Source: an uncultured Burkholderiales bacterium | GTDB lineage: Bacteria > Pseudomonadota > Gammaproteobacteria > Burkholderiales > Burkholderiaceae_C | Length of the DNA: 64,000 nt | Direction: 5' to 3' | Assembly: GCA_903896615.1 (NCBI GenBank) | Contig: CAITYM010000048.1 | Span: 4,750-68,749, forward strand | Part shown: positions 9,797 to 20,960 of the stretch, in pieces | Numbering within the stretch: position 1 is the stretch's first letter | Layout: each line of letters opens with the position of its first letter | Program-made: the position numbers and the translations under genes | The notes under the pieces: model-generated | Seen by the model: only the letters and a program-made list of their open reading frames with translations | Databases searched by the model: none | Told to the model about the DNA's origin: nothing

Positions 9797-10558
9797 TTAG
9801 CGAATATCTTTCCAATATGCGGCGTTCAAACGCCAAGCGATAAAGGAGAAACACAATAAAAATAGTACTACCCAAACACCTACGCGAATACGTGTATTTT
9901 GAGCAGGCTCAGCCATCCACTGCAAGTAAGAGACTAAGTCACCTACTGCCTGATCGTATTCTGCACCGCTTAATTGGCCGGGCGTATCTTGCTCCCATCC
10001 TTTAAAAACATCAACTTCTTCGCCGTGCACCTCTTGCTTAACAAAAACTGGATGGCGTGTGCCTTGAAGTTCCCAAAGAACATTTGGCATAGCAACGTTT
10101 GGGTAAGCTAAGTTATTCCATCCCGTTGCCTTTGTGGGGTCACGGTAATAAGTTCTTAAATATGTATAGATGTAGTCTGCCCCACTTCCTGCGTGGCTAG
10201 AGCGCGAACGCGCAATCACCGTTAAATCTGGCGGATTTGCACCAAACCAAGCCTTCGCTTGCTTTGGGTCAATGTTGGCTTTCATTGTTTCACCAACCTT
10301 ATCCGTCGTAAATAGCAAGTTATCCTTGATCTGCTGCTCCGTTAAACCAATGTCTCTCAATCGGTTGTAGCGCATAAAGGCTGCAGAATGACAATTAAGG
10401 CAGTAATTGACAAAAAGTTTTGCGCCGTGTTGAAGGGCGGCCAAATCATTAGTTCCGCTTGGCGCTTTATCCCAGGTCATTCCCCCTTCATTTGCACTGG
10501 CAGTACTTGCACCTACCAGTGAGAGAGTTGCAATGAGGATTAGTAATAGTTTTTTCAT
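9797..10558 (-). CDS. petC: Cytochrome c1 subunit of the bc1 complex
   Basis: Signal peptide, heme motif CLNCHS, C-terminal TM anchor, and position after cytochrome b. Confidence 0.9.
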   Translation of the reverse strand: MKKLLLILIATLSLVGASTASANEGGMTWDKAPSGTNDLAALQHGAKLFVNYCLNCHSAAFMRYNRLRDIGLTEQQIKDNLLFTTDKVGETMKANIDPKQAKAWFGANPPDLTVIARSRSSHAGSGADYIYTYLRTYYRDPTKATGWNNLAYPNVAMPNVLWELQGTRHPVFVKQEVHGEEVDVFKGWEQDTPGQLSGAEYDQAVGDLVSYLQWMAEPAQNTRIRVGVWVVLFLLCFSFIAWRLNAAYWKDIR

Positions 10559-10578
10559 GTTTTTACCTTATCCCTGGT

Positions 10579-11979
10579 TCAATGAGCTTCAAAGGTGACT
10601 CGGTCAGGCACCTGTTTAAATTTACCTAGTTGCGTCCACCAAGGCATCAGCAAAAAGAAGCCAAAGTAATAAATGGTACCAATTTGAGCAATCAATGTTC
10701 CCACTTCTGAGGGAGGTTGTATACCCAAATAACCCAACACGACAAAGAAAACAACAAACACAGCATAAAGTGCTTTATGCCAAGTGGGTCTGTAACGAAT
10801 TGACTTAACTGGACTGTGATCCAACCAAGGCAGGAAGAACAGCATTACCACTGCACCCCCCATAACAACCACACCCCAAAATTTAGCATCAAAGGTTTTC
10901 AACAGTACGATTAAAACCGCAACGCCAATCACAGTGATCGCCTTGCCTTTAGTATTTAATGTGGTTTTGAGGACAACAAATGCTGCAGACAAGGCAGCGA
11001 TCAAACTAAGGACATTAACCATCGTATCCGTAGTTGCGCGCAACATTGAGTAGTAAGGCGTGAAATACCAAACAGGTGCAATGTGTAACGGAGTTTTGAG
11101 TGGGTCTGCTGGAATGAAGTTGTTATATTCCAAGAAATAACCACCCACCTCAGGAGCGAAGAAAATGATTGAAGTAAATACCAATAGGAATACTGTCACA
11201 CCCAAAATATCGTGGATGGTGTAGTACGGATGGAAAGGGATACCGTCCAATGGATGTCCATCCGGTCCTTTAGTAGCTTTAATCTCTACGCCATCGGGAT
11301 TGTTAGATCCGACTTCGTGCAAAGCAATAATGTGAGCAACAACCAACCCCAAAAGTACCAATGGAACTGCGATCACATGGAAGCTAAAGAATCTATTAAG
11401 CGTTGCGTCACCAACCACATAGTCACCCCTAATTAACAGCGCCAGATCAGGCCCGATAAAAGGGATTGCAGAAAATAGATTAACAATGACCTGAGCACCC
11501 CAATAGCTCATCTGACCCCAGGGCAATAGATAGCCCATGAAAGCCTCTGCCATCAAGCACAAGAAGATGGCGCATCCAAAAATCCAAACCAACTCCCTTG
11601 GCTTGCGGTATGAACCATAAATCAGTCCACGGAACATGTGCATATAAACCACTATAAAGAACGCCGAAGCTCCTGTGGAATGCATGTAGCGAATGAGCCA
11701 ACCCCAAGGCACATCTCGCATGATGTACTCCACACTTGCAAACGCAATTGCCGCATCAGGCTTGTAGTGCATGACCAAGAAGATACCCGTCAAAATCTGG
11801 ATAACGAGCACCAAAATAGCCAGCGAACCAAAGAAGTAAAAGAAATTGAAGTTCTTTGGCGCATAGTACTCAGAGAGATGCTCTTTGTACATTTTAGAGA
11901 GAGGGAAACGGTTATCCACCCAGTTGAGCAGTTTCTCAGCGTTACTTGCGTGAGGGGAAATTTCCTTAAATTCAGCCAT
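10579..11979 (-). CDS. petB: Cytochrome b subunit of the bc1 complex
   Basis: Polytopic membrane protein. WGWLIRYMHSTGASAFF and PEWYFTPYY-like (APVWYFTPYYSMLR) motifs are typical of cytochrome b. Confidence 0.95.
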   Translation of the reverse strand: MAEFKEISPHASNAEKLLNWVDNRFPLSKMYKEHLSEYYAPKNFNFFYFFGSLAILVLVIQILTGIFLVMHYKPDAAIAFASVEYIMRDVPWGWLIRYMHSTGASAFFIVVYMHMFRGLIYGSYRKPRELVWIFGCAIFLCLMAEAFMGYLLPWGQMSYWGAQVIVNLFSAIPFIGPDLALLIRGDYVVGDATLNRFFSFHVIAVPLVLLGLVVAHIIALHEVGSNNPDGVEIKATKGPDGHPLDGIPFHPYYTIHDILGVTVFLLVFTSIIFFAPEVGGYFLEYNNFIPADPLKTPLHIAPVWYFTPYYSMLRATTDTMVNVLSLIAALSAAFVVLKTTLNTKGKAITVIGVAVLIVLLKTFDAKFWGVVVMGGAVVMLFFLPWLDHSPVKSIRYRPTWHKALYAVFVVFFVVLGYLGIQPPSEVGTLIAQIGTIYYFGFFLLMPWWTQLGKFKQVPDRVTFEAH

Positions 11980-12027
11980 TGTGTCTTCCTGTTTTAGCAG
12001 TGTCTTATATCAACGAACGGACGGGAT

Positions 12028-12627
12028 TCACGCAGATTTATCTTCGCCAATCAGCAACTTGCTGTCGGACAAATACATATGAGGCGGAACTTCCAAGTTA
12101 TCCGGTGCAGGCTTATTCTTAAAGACCCGACCCGCCATATCAAAAGTAGATCCGTGGCAAGGGCACAAGAAACCCCCGGGCCAGTTGTCTGGCAATGAAG
12201 GCTGGGGTCCCGGTACAAATTTATCGCCTGGAGAGCATCCCAAGTGCGTACAAATTCCAACAGCAACAAAGATTTCAGGCTTAATAGAGCGACCTTCGTT
12301 TTTAGCATATGAAGGAGTAATCTCACCCGGCTTGCGATCAGAATTAGGGTCTGCAAGCTCTGAGTCAATTTTGGCCAACTCAGCAAGTTGCTCTGGAGTT
12401 CTACGGACGATCCACACTGGCTTTCCGCGCCATTCAACCGTCAGCTTCTCACCCGGTTTAATGCCAGATATATCTACCTCTACCGCTGCCCCGGCGGCTT
12501 TAGCACGCTCGGAGGGCTGAAAAGTACTTACAAATGGAATGGCCGTTGCCACTCCACCTATTGCGCCTGCACATCCAGAGGCTATGAGCCAGGTTCTTTT
12601 ACTGCTGTCCATGGGGGTATCGCTCAT
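12028..12627 (-). CDS. petA: Ubiquinol-cytochrome c reductase Rieske iron-sulfur subunit
   Basis: Rieske boxes CTHLGC and CPCHGS, plus a Tat-like N-terminus. Confidence 0.95.
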   Translation of the reverse strand: MSDTPMDSSKRTWLIASGCAGAIGGVATAIPFVSTFQPSERAKAAGAAVEVDISGIKPGEKLTVEWRGKPVWIVRRTPEQLAELAKIDSELADPNSDRKPGEITPSYAKNEGRSIKPEIFVAVGICTHLGCSPGDKFVPGPQPSLPDNWPGGFLCPCHGSTFDMAGRVFKNKPAPDNLEVPPHMYLSDSKLLIGEDKSA

Positions 12628-12810
12628 TCAATGATCCTTGATGATCCGAAATATTCACTCTGAAAAGGGTTAACCCCACATTGTATCTGAGTCTGAACTC
12701 AAAAGTCCAATACTAAGGCTAATTGAACCAGCCATCCTGGGTTAATTTACATTTAAATTCCACTTTTTTAGGGGCCTGGCGAATCACTTAATCGTCAGAA
12801 ATCCCAAGGC

Positions 12811-13914
12811 CTATGCCACTAGCAATCCAGCAAGCTCTATAGAAGCCCACATACTTGCTGGATCTGCAACCCCTTGCCCCGCAATTTCAAAGGCCGTTCC
12901 ATGGTCTGGACTGGTCCTGACAAGCGGCAGCCCTAGCGTCACATTTACACCTCGATCCAAACCCAAGTACTTAATCGGAATGAGCCCTTGATCGTGATAC
13001 ATAGCAATCACCACGTCATAAACTCCCGTCCTTGCCTGCATAAATACAGTATCAGGAGCATAGGGCCCGCTCACGTTCATATCTCCGTACTTAGTCCGAG
13101 CCAGATTGATCGCCGGTGCAATAATTTCCAACTCTTCTTTGCCCATTAACCCGCCTTCCCCAGAGTGCGGGTTAAGCCCAGCCACCGCGATGCGGGGAGC
13201 TCGACCCAAAACACCCATTAACGAGTCGTGCGTAATCTTTAGCGTTTGCAAGATATTCTCTTTTGTAACTTGCTCAATAGCAGCACGAAGGGAGAGGTGA
13301 ATACTCACCAACACCACCCTCAACTCTGGGCTTACAAGCATCATGCGAACCGGAATTTGCGAAACACTCACCCCAAGGTGTTCAGCCGCAGAAAATTGAA
13401 GCATCTCCGTGTGGCCAGGGAAATCTATACCCGCAAGGGCCAGTGATTGCTTATTAATTGGAGCAGTTACCAAGGCCGCAACCTTCCCCTGGAGTGCGGC
13501 TTTTGCGCCCCAAAAGATATTCCTAGCTGCAGCTCGCCCGGCTTGGACGCTAATTGTTGAAATAGGAGCAAGGGATGAACAAGAAGTTTCGGAGCGCTCA
13601 ACATCCAGGATAGGTACGTTTGCACTACCGTCCAAATTTTTCTTGATGAAATCATCCAAGTAAATATCTTCTATTTGCTTAATTTGCTTTAGCTTTAATA
13701 AATTTGAGTTCTGCCCAAGCGACGCTTTTGCACGCTCCAGGTGCGGCAAATCTCCCACAATAAAAGCACCTTGCATTACCTCTCGGCAACTCGGATTGTC
13801 TAAACTTTTTAAGAAACACTTGAGTACGATCTCTGGACCTATCCCGCCAGGATCCCCCATCGTAATGGCTATTGGTTTTTGCATATTTTGAGGCAAGTGT
13901 TTTGGGCTTGCCAT
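12811..13914 (-). CDS. pdxA: PdxA-family 4-hydroxythreonine-4-phosphate dehydrogenase
   Basis: ITMGDPGGIGPEI N-terminal motif, FPGHTE, and TSPDHGTAFEIAG C-terminal motif. At 367 aa it is longer than usual. Confidence 0.8.
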   Translation of the reverse strand: MASPKHLPQNMQKPIAITMGDPGGIGPEIVLKCFLKSLDNPSCREVMQGAFIVGDLPHLERAKASLGQNSNLLKLKQIKQIEDIYLDDFIKKNLDGSANVPILDVERSETSCSSLAPISTISVQAGRAAARNIFWGAKAALQGKVAALVTAPINKQSLALAGIDFPGHTEMLQFSAAEHLGVSVSQIPVRMMLVSPELRVVLVSIHLSLRAAIEQVTKENILQTLKITHDSLMGVLGRAPRIAVAGLNPHSGEGGLMGKEELEIIAPAINLARTKYGDMNVSGPYAPDTVFMQARTGVYDVVIAMYHDQGLIPIKYLGLDRGVNVTLGLPLVRTSPDHGTAFEIAGQGVADPASMWASIELAGLLVA

Positions 13915-13919
13915 TCGCT

Positions 13920-14699
13920 TTAAGCAGGATTATCAATATCAATAAATCGGTGGCTAATTTGAAACTCTTGCGCTAATGCATCGCCAAGTGCACGCACACC
14001 GTATCGCTCAGTTGCGTGATGCCCACAAGCCAAAAAAGCTACTCCGCTCTCACGCGCCAAGTGCGCTTGGGGCTCAGATATCTCCCCCGTGACAAATGCA
14101 TCAGCTCCGGCCTTAATTGCATCCTCAAACCATGACTGTGCGCCTCCCGTACACCAAGCTATCCTTCGAAGCACTCGACTAGGGTTTGGATCGATCAACA
14201 AGGGCTCTTTGCCTAATGATTTAAAAGCTCTTAGCGCTAAATCTGCACTGCTGAAGGTATCTTGAGTTGATGGGTCGATATTGATTCCGAGATGCCCTAA
14301 ATTTTGATCGCCAAACGTAGAAATTGTTTGGAGTCCGAGTTGGATCGCAAGTTGTGCATTGTTACCGTACTTTTCGTGCGCGTCCAGTGGCAAGTGATAT
14401 GCCATCAAATTAATGTTATTTTCAATTAACTTTGCAACTCGCTTGCGCAGCCATCCAGTGAGTGAGCCGTCTTGCCCGCGCCAAAACAACCCATGGTGCA
14501 CTAAAATCGTATCAGCCCCTTCATCTATTGCAGCCTCAATTAGAGCCAAACTTGCTGTCACACCACTGACCAGAACGCAAACTTCGCCCCGCCCCTCTAC
14601 CTGCAATCCATTGGGGCAATAATCCTTAAACCGGGCGGGCTGCAGCCACTCATTTGCGCGGTCAACAAATCCACTGCGGCTTACAGCAAAAGTGCTCAA
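13920..14699 (-). CDS. Nif3-like dinuclear metal centre protein (YbgI family)
   Basis: ILVHHGLFW and ACGHHATERYG motifs are typical of the NIF3/YbgI family. The start codon is TTG. Confidence 0.85.
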   Translation of the reverse strand: MSTFAVSRSGFVDRANEWLQPARFKDYCPNGLQVEGRGEVCVLVSGVTASLALIEAAIDEGADTILVHHGLFWRGQDGSLTGWLRKRVAKLIENNINLMAYHLPLDAHEKYGNNAQLAIQLGLQTISTFGDQNLGHLGINIDPSTQDTFSSADLALRAFKSLGKEPLLIDPNPSRVLRRIAWCTGGAQSWFEDAIKAGADAFVTGEISEPQAHLARESGVAFLACGHHATERYGVRALGDALAQEFQISHRFIDIDNPA

Positions 14700-15899
14700 T
14701 TAACGCTCCAAAAATTCATGATCAATCCCATTTTGACGCCTCGTCTTTGGACGCTGAGCAGGGGTCACAGAAACAGCCAAAGAAGTATCTTTGCGTTGTA
14801 GCTTGAAGGGGACTGGAATACCTGGCTTTAAAGCAGCCACCAAAGCCAATAATTCACTTACATTGCCAACCGAATGCCCCGCAACCTCAACGACTTGATC
14901 TCCAGGTCGAATTCCAGCTCCAAAGGCCGGCCCGCCCTGAAGGACTCCAGTCACAATGACACCGTGATCGGACTTTAACCCAAAGGTCTGCGCCAACTCA
15001 GGACTCAGTTCATTGGGCTCGATACCAATCCATCCCCGCTTGACTTGCCCGTCCTTTAAGATACTCTCCAAGACCTGCTTAGCGGTGCTCATCGGTATAG
15101 CAAAACCGATCCCCGTACTCCCGCCAGAGCGGGACACGATAGCTGTATTGATACCCACCATATTGCCGTAAACATCAACAAGCGCGCCGCCCGAATTTCC
15201 TGGGTTGATTGCTGCATCAGTCTGTATGAAATTCTCAAACGTGTTGATACCAAGTTGATTGCGCCCTAGCGCAGAAACAATGCCACTGGTCACCGTTTGA
15301 CCTACCCCAAATGGATTTCCAATCGCAAGTACTTGGTCCCCAATTTGAAGCGTGTCGGAGTTGCCAATCACGATGACGGGGAGATGAGCCAGGTTAATTT
15401 TTATGATTGCGAGATCCGTATCAGGGTCTGCGCCAATTAACTTGCCGGACGTACGTCTTGCGTCATTTAAAACCACTTCTATTTCATCCGCGCCTTCAAT
15501 CACGTGGTTATTCGTTAGCACGTATCCCTCTGGGCTCACAATTACGCCGCTACCTAAACCCACTTGAGGCGATTCATCTCGATCACCTCCAAAGAAGCGG
15601 AACCAGGGATCCATTTGTGACTGTGCGGAATCTGATTTGCGCCTTGTACTTATGCTAACTACTGCTGGGGAGGCTTTTTTGGCAGCCACGCTAAAACTCC
15701 CCGGCGCAGGAGAATTTGCGGCGCCAAACAAACCCGGCTCTGCGCGACCAGTTTCGGTTAAGGTTATGCCCCCCCAACCGGATTCGCCCACTCCAGAACC
15801 TAGGCTTTTAACCCACTCGGGTTTCAAAGTAACTAAAACAAACCAAATCGCAACCAAGATGGTGACAACTTGAGTGAATAATTGCCAAGCTCTTTTCAT
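14700..15899 (-). CDS. Membrane-anchored S1C (DegS/AlgW-like) serine endoprotease with one PDZ domain
   Basis: N-terminal TM helix, catalytic TNNHV / DLAIIK / GNSGGALV triad context, and one C-terminal PDZ domain. Confidence 0.85.
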   Translation of the reverse strand: MKRAWQLFTQVVTILVAIWFVLVTLKPEWVKSLGSGVGESGWGGITLTETGRAEPGLFGAANSPAPGSFSVAAKKASPAVVSISTRRKSDSAQSQMDPWFRFFGGDRDESPQVGLGSGVIVSPEGYVLTNNHVIEGADEIEVVLNDARRTSGKLIGADPDTDLAIIKINLAHLPVIVIGNSDTLQIGDQVLAIGNPFGVGQTVTSGIVSALGRNQLGINTFENFIQTDAAINPGNSGGALVDVYGNMVGINTAIVSRSGGSTGIGFAIPMSTAKQVLESILKDGQVKRGWIGIEPNELSPELAQTFGLKSDHGVIVTGVLQGGPAFGAGIRPGDQVVEVAGHSVGNVSELLALVAALKPGIPVPFKLQRKDTSLAVSVTPAQRPKTRRQNGIDHEFLER

Positions 15900-15903
15900 A
15901 GGA

Positions 15904-16731
15904 CTAGGAACCGCTATTGGTGTCTTGTGAACTGGGTTCTTTATAAACGGGATCTTGGGGAACTACAGGGGCTTGGGTGTGCTTGATAAATATGACTGCA
16001 GCCCAAATTCCCAACTCATAAAGTAAACACATAGGAATAGCCAATGCGAGTTGTGAGACCACATCAGGAGGAGTCACCACCGCCGCAACAATGAACGCAA
16101 TCACTATAAAGTAGGACCTAAAGTCCTTTAACTTTTGAACTGACATAATGCCCAAACGAGCCAAAACAACAACCACAATGGGTACCTCAAAGGTCATCCC
16201 AAATGCCAAGAACATAGTCAAAACAAAGCTCAAATAGGCTTCTATATCAGGTGCGGCAGTGATACTTTTGGGCGCAAAGCTTTGGATAAATTTAAAAACT
16301 TGTCCGAAAACGAAAAAGTAACAAAACGCAACACCAGCAAAAAATAGCAAAGTACTTGACACCACTAATGGCAAAACCAAACGCTTTTCATGGGCGTAAA
16401 GACCAGGCGCAACAAACGCCCACGCTTGATATAAAACCACAGGCAGTGCAATTAAAAATGCAGCCATCATCATGATTTTGAGCGGCACCATGAACGGCGA
16501 AATAACCGATGTCGCAATCATCGTGGCGCCACTCGGCAAGTGAGCTACCAATGGAGCAGCCAAAATATCGTACAGCGGTCCAGGTCCAGGATATATGGCT
16601 AAGATAATTGTGACAATACCAACCGCTGCAATGGCCTTAACCAGTCGATCCCTAAGCTCAATCAGATGCTGAACAAACGGTTGCTCTGTCCCCGCTAGTT
16701 CATCGTGCGCATTGGGTGTTGAGTCTGACAT
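15904..16731 (-). CDS. tatC: Twin-arginine translocase subunit TatC
   Basis: Six-TM protein with the HLIELRDRL N-terminal motif, following tatA and tatB. Confidence 0.95.
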   Translation of the reverse strand: MSDSTPNAHDELAGTEQPFVQHLIELRDRLVKAIAAVGIVTIILAIYPGPGPLYDILAAPLVAHLPSGATMIATSVISPFMVPLKIMMMAAFLIALPVVLYQAWAFVAPGLYAHEKRLVLPLVVSSTLLFFAGVAFCYFFVFGQVFKFIQSFAPKSITAAPDIEAYLSFVLTMFLAFGMTFEVPIVVVVLARLGIMSVQKLKDFRSYFIVIAFIVAAVVTPPDVVSQLALAIPMCLLYELGIWAAVIFIKHTQAPVVPQDPVYKEPSSQDTNSGS

Positions 16732-16759
16732 TAGAGGGTGTTACTCGCGTTTTGGTTAG

Positions 16760-17257
16760 TTAGGTTAATGATCTAGCTTTAGGCCTGAACCGAGCCACGC
16801 GCGCAGCCCCAGACAGTGCCTTACCCCTAATCCCGCGCTGCGCTTTGTACCACTGAGGCATGGCGGTTTGTTTGATGCGCCATTTTTTATTGGGGTTTCT
16901 GTAAATGGGTGACGCAATGCTCAGTTCGGGCAAGGGGCTAGCACCCAGGTGAGGGTCATCTCCAGCGCTCGCAATGGAGTTGGAAAGCGCACTCCACTCT
17001 TGCTCAACCTCTTTTGAGGTCATGTTGACGCTAGACTGAACTTCCTTTGCCGCACTTTCAAAAGATTCCCTCATTTTTTTAAGGTCCTCCATCTCCATGG
17101 CGCGGTTCACTTCGGCCTTCACATCACTAACGTAGCGCTGAGCCTTACCCACCAATGTTCCAACTGTACGGGCAACTTTGGGCAGCTTTTCAGGGCCGAT
17201 GACAATCAAAGCCACAGCACCAATTAATGCGATTTTTGATACATCTAAATCAAACAT
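16760..17257 (-). CDS. tatB: Twin-arginine translocase subunit TatB
   Basis: [27 protein letters not shown] is the TatB N-terminus. I chose the internal ATG at 17255-17257 instead of the longest ORF. Confidence 0.85.
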   Translation of the reverse strand: MFDLDVSKIALIGAVALIVIGPEKLPKVARTVGTLVGKAQRYVSDVKAEVNRAMEMEDLKKMRESFESAAKEVQSSVNMTSKEVEQEWSALSNSIASAGDDPHLGASPLPELSIASPIYRNPNKKWRIKQTAMPQWYKAQRGIRGKALSGAARVARFRPKARSLT

Positions 17258-17337
17258 GGGAAAGCAATCCGCAAGAGAAAAACTCTTTTTCGAAACACTC
17301 GTTTTCGCCAGCAAAAGCGTTTAAGTAACAAATCACA

Positions 17338-17598
17338 TTAGCTTTTGTGTTTGACTTCTACATCAATAGGAGCCTGTGCTGACTGAGCGCCGCTGGGATG
17401 GGACACCTGAGGCGCAGCCGCCGCTGCAGCGGGTGCATTTGGATCTTGGGCCGCAGAACTGCCGTCTTTCATGCCGTCCTTAAACCCCTTTACAGCCCCC
17501 CCTAGATCTGTGCCGATGTTTTTGAGCTTTTTAGTGCCAAAAATCATCATAACAATCAAAAGAACAATTAACCAATGCCAAATCGAAAATGATCCCAT
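17338..17598 (-). CDS. tatA: Twin-arginine translocase subunit TatA
   Basis: [29 protein letters not shown] is the TatA/E signature. Confidence 0.9.
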   Translation of the reverse strand: MGSFSIWHWLIVLLIVMMIFGTKKLKNIGTDLGGAVKGFKDGMKDGSSAAQDPNAPAAAAAAPQVSHPSGAQSAQAPIDVEVKHKS

Positions 17599-17733
17599 GG
17601 AGATACTCCTAATAACTTAACAAAATTTTAGTCGACTTAAAGGGACATCCCTAGAAGTGTCAGCAAATAACTGTGCATATTACTTATCCTTGACATTGCT
17701 CCCCCGGACTTTGCCCCAGCCCCCTAATCTTCA

Positions 17734-18099
17734 CTAACCTCTAAGCCAAGGCCTCGGCCCTGCCAAAACATGCATATGCAAATGATGAACCTCTTGCCCA
17801 CCTTCAGCGCCAGTGTTGCATACAATCCTAAAGCCCCCCTCTGGATAAGGTCTAGCCCCCTGCTCTTTAGCCAATTTTGGGGCAAGAACCATCATCCGTC
17901 CCATCATCTGCGTATGCTCGCCTTCAAGTTGGGCCATTGAGGGCAAATGCATTTTAGGAATAATCAAGAAATGGATTGGCGCCCATGGGTTAATGTCATG
18001 AAAGGCGAGAAACTCCTCGTCCTCAAAGACTTTCTTAGACGGGATGGTGCCGCTTACTATTTTGCAAAACAAACATTGTGGGTCAAAATGTTGAGTCAT
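17734..18099 (-). CDS. Histidine triad (HIT) nucleotide-binding protein
   Basis: CLFCKI zinc-like N-terminus and the HHLHMHV histidine triad. Confidence 0.9.
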   Translation of the reverse strand: MTQHFDPQCLFCKIVSGTIPSKKVFEDEEFLAFHDINPWAPIHFLIIPKMHLPSMAQLEGEHTQMMGRMMVLAPKLAKEQGARPYPEGGFRIVCNTGAEGGQEVHHLHMHVLAGPRPWLRG

Positions 18100-18164
18100 A
18101 TTTGGATTAATCGAAGTTGATTATAAAAACTTGGACAGCATAGTTCATTCAGGCCGGCTTTAAC

Positions 18165-18581
18165 TCAGTCGCCATTTTGCTCACGCGCACGAACCTTTCT
18201 AAGCGCCTTCTCTTCTATGCCACTCATCCCCACACGGCGCTCGAGCTCGTCAAAGACATCTTGCGCAGACAAGCCGTAATGCGTAAGCGCAATTAAACAG
18301 TGAAACCATAAGTCCGCCATCTCATTGATTACGGGTTGCGAGTGACCACCGTGGGACAAGTCCTTTGCCGCCATCACCACCTCTGTTGCCTCTTCGCCCA
18401 CTTTTTTAAGTATGGAATCAGCGCCTTTAGATAACAATCTGGCCACGTAGCTCGTCTCCGGGTCGCCTCCGTTTTGAGGCAGCCTAGTCTGAATCATTGC
18501 AGCTAGACGTAACAATGTGTTTGAATCTTGTGGAATTGTTTTTGTGTTTTCGTTGGAGCCAACTTTGATACTTTGCGTCAT
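18165..18581 (-). CDS. hisE: Phosphoribosyl-ATP pyrophosphatase
   Basis: [10 protein letters not shown]...[10 protein letters not shown]...ADLWFHCL motifs, at the end of the his cluster. Confidence 0.85.
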   Translation of the reverse strand: MTQSIKVGSNENTKTIPQDSNTLLRLAAMIQTRLPQNGGDPETSYVARLLSKGADSILKKVGEEATEVVMAAKDLSHGGHSQPVINEMADLWFHCLIALTHYGLSAQDVFDELERRVGMSGIEEKALRKVRAREQNGD

Positions 18582-18630
18582 GATTTATAGATGTTTAATA
18601 TTTTGTTTGATCAGCTTCATTAGATTGCAC

Positions 18631-19086
18631 TCACTTATAAATGCTTTTAGGATCCTTGATCACAGGATCGACCGCAACCCATCCCAAATCCTTTGAACCA
18701 CCTAGACCGTCCAGGCGTTGATAAAAGCAACTGTGACGCCCTGTGTGACAGGCAATAGAGGGTTCATGACCTTCTTGAGTAATTGACAAAAGCAAAACGT
18801 CGTTATCGCAGTCCATGCGAATATCGTGAACACGCTGGACATGGCCAGATTCCTCGCCTTTAAACCACAATTTTTGTCTAGATCGACTGAAGTAAACGGC
18901 TCGCCCTAGTTCAACAGTTTGCTGGAGTGCCTGTGCATTCATCCAAGCAAACATCAAAATATCTTTACTCCCCCGCTCTTGAGCAATCACGGGCACCAAC
19001 CCATTGGCATCCCATTTGACCAGATCGACCCAGTCAGATGCCTCCTTGGATGGAGACTCATTAGAAAATTGTGAATTGATAGACAT
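18631..19086 (-). CDS. hisI: Phosphoribosyl-AMP cyclohydrolase
   Basis: GLVPVIAQE...MFAWMN...CDNDVLLL...[10 protein letters not shown] motifs. Confidence 0.9.
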   Translation of the reverse strand: MSINSQFSNESPSKEASDWVDLVKWDANGLVPVIAQERGSKDILMFAWMNAQALQQTVELGRAVYFSRSRQKLWFKGEESGHVQRVHDIRMDCDNDVLLLSITQEGHEPSIACHTGRHSCFYQRLDGLGGSKDLGWVAVDPVIKDPKSIYK

Positions 19087-19200
19087 ATCTTAATTGTGCT
19101 CTAAAAGTTGGTGACGATTCTGAACGTAACGACACTCGCTCAGAACGAAACTAGCTAGGGTGAGCAATAATTGATTACTGAATCCAAAAAAAGAAAAGAG

Positions 19201-20001
19201 CTAAAGTCGAACGGGTATTCCTTTTTGAGCCATACATGCTTTGGCTTGTGCAACAGTGAATTCGCCGTAATGAAAGATACTCGCTGCCAACACAGCATCT
19301 GCACCCCCGATCTTTATGCCATCACACAAATGCTCTAGGGTTCCAACCCCTCCGGAGGCGATAACGGGAACTGCGACCGCATCCGCCACAGCTCGCGTCA
19401 ATCCCAAATCAAATCCTGACTTAGTCCCGTCTTGGTCCATGCTGGTTAATAGTATCTCGCCAGCTCCGAGCTCACTCATTTTTACCGCCCATTGCACGGC
19501 GTCTAAGCCCACATTTTTTCTTCCCCCGTGACTATAAACATCCCAACCCGGGCCTACTGGGTTTAAGTCCTCACCCAACCTTGACTCCTCAACTTGCGTG
19601 CGTCGTTTTGCATCTATAGCGACCACGATGCACTGCGATCCGTATCGGCTTGAAGCTTCCCTGATGACCCATGGATTGGCAATCGCAGCAGAATTAAAAC
19701 TGGTTTTATCGGCCCCAGCGTTTAAGAGCCTTCTAACGTCTTCAACTGTCCTTACGCCGCCGCCAACGGTTAGGGGAATAAATACCTTGGCAGCAACTGC
19801 CTCAATGATGTGAAGAATAAGATCGCGCTCATCACTCGTGGCCGTAATATCTAAAAAGGTTAACTCATCAGCACCTTGATCGTTATAACGAGCGGCAATT
19901 TCAACAGGATCGCCTGCGTCCCTTAAATTCACAAAGTTAACACCCTTAACTACTCTTCCACCCGTCACGTCAAGACAGGGGATTATTCTTTTAGCAAGCA
20001 T
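19201..20001 (-). CDS. hisF: Imidazole glycerol phosphate synthase cyclase subunit
   Basis: [12 protein letters not shown]...[10 protein letters not shown]...GGGVR motifs. Confidence 0.95.
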   Translation of the reverse strand: MLAKRIIPCLDVTGGRVVKGVNFVNLRDAGDPVEIAARYNDQGADELTFLDITATSDERDLILHIIEAVAAKVFIPLTVGGGVRTVEDVRRLLNAGADKTSFNSAAIANPWVIREASSRYGSQCIVVAIDAKRRTQVEESRLGEDLNPVGPGWDVYSHGGRKNVGLDAVQWAVKMSELGAGEILLTSMDQDGTKSGFDLGLTRAVADAVAVPVIASGGVGTLEHLCDGIKIGGADAVLAASIFHYGEFTVAQAKACMAQKGIPVRL

Positions 20002-20164
20002 TTTTGAGGTGACTCAATGGTAAGGTGGTTGTTCAAAGAACAAAGATGTCATTACTGAGTGCGGAACAGTAAAGGGTGAACAGTGAATTATGCAGTTTTA
20101 GCTTCAGGATGCAAGCAAATGATCTGCAAGAATTGACTGTGAAGTTAATACAAAACGCAATTGC

Positions 20165-20905
20165 TTACGCAGTCAGTTCATCTGCGCGAGCCTGCGCCTG
20201 CTCAAAATCTAAATCCCCGCTGTAAATCGCGCGCCCACAAATCACTCCCTCAATTCCCTCATCAGCCAGGGCACATAAGCTCTCAATATCTGACATCCCA
20301 GACAATCCGCCCGATGCAATCACAGGTATTGTTAATGCTTGGGCTAGTTTTACAGTTGCTTCAACGTTGATACCCGAGAGCATCCCGTCTCGCCCAATGT
20401 CTGTATAAATTATGGACTCCACACCGTAGTCCTCAAACTTCCTTGCTAAGTCAACGACTTCGTGTCCAGTTAACTTACTCCATCCATCGGTTGCTACTTT
20501 GCCCTCTTTCGCATCAAGTCCAACAATAATATGGCCCCCAAATGCACTGCAAGCGTCTTTTAAAAACCCAGGGCTTTTGACAGCAGCAGTTCCGATAATG
20601 ACGTATCTAATACCCGCGTCTACATACTTTTCAATAGTATCTAAATCACGAATGCCACCGCCCAATTGAACGGGTATGTCGTCCCCAACGGCCTTTAGTA
20701 TGGATTTGATAGCGTTGAAATTTTGGGGCTTGCCTGCAAACGCTCCATTCAAGTCGACTAAATGCAGTCTTCTTGCGCCTTTATCTAGCCACTTTGAAGC
20801 CATAGCAACTGGGTCTTCACCAAATACGGTGGACTGCTCCATGTCTCCTTGTTTGAGTCGAACACATTGACCGTCTTTTAAGTCTATGGCAGGAATAAGA
20901 ATCAT
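20165..20905 (-). CDS. hisA: ProFAR isomerase
   Basis: [17 protein letters not shown]...HLVDLNGA...QLGGGIR motifs. Confidence 0.95.
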   Translation of the reverse strand: MILIPAIDLKDGQCVRLKQGDMEQSTVFGEDPVAMASKWLDKGARRLHLVDLNGAFAGKPQNFNAIKSILKAVGDDIPVQLGGGIRDLDTIEKYVDAGIRYVIIGTAAVKSPGFLKDACSAFGGHIIVGLDAKEGKVATDGWSKLTGHEVVDLARKFEDYGVESIIYTDIGRDGMLSGINVEATVKLAQALTIPVIASGGLSGMSDIESLCALADEGIEGVICGRAIYSGDLDFEQAQARADELTA

Positions 20906-20960
20906 GATGATCGAATAAATGGGCTAACAGGTAAAACTTAATAAAATTGGCAAAATGGGC

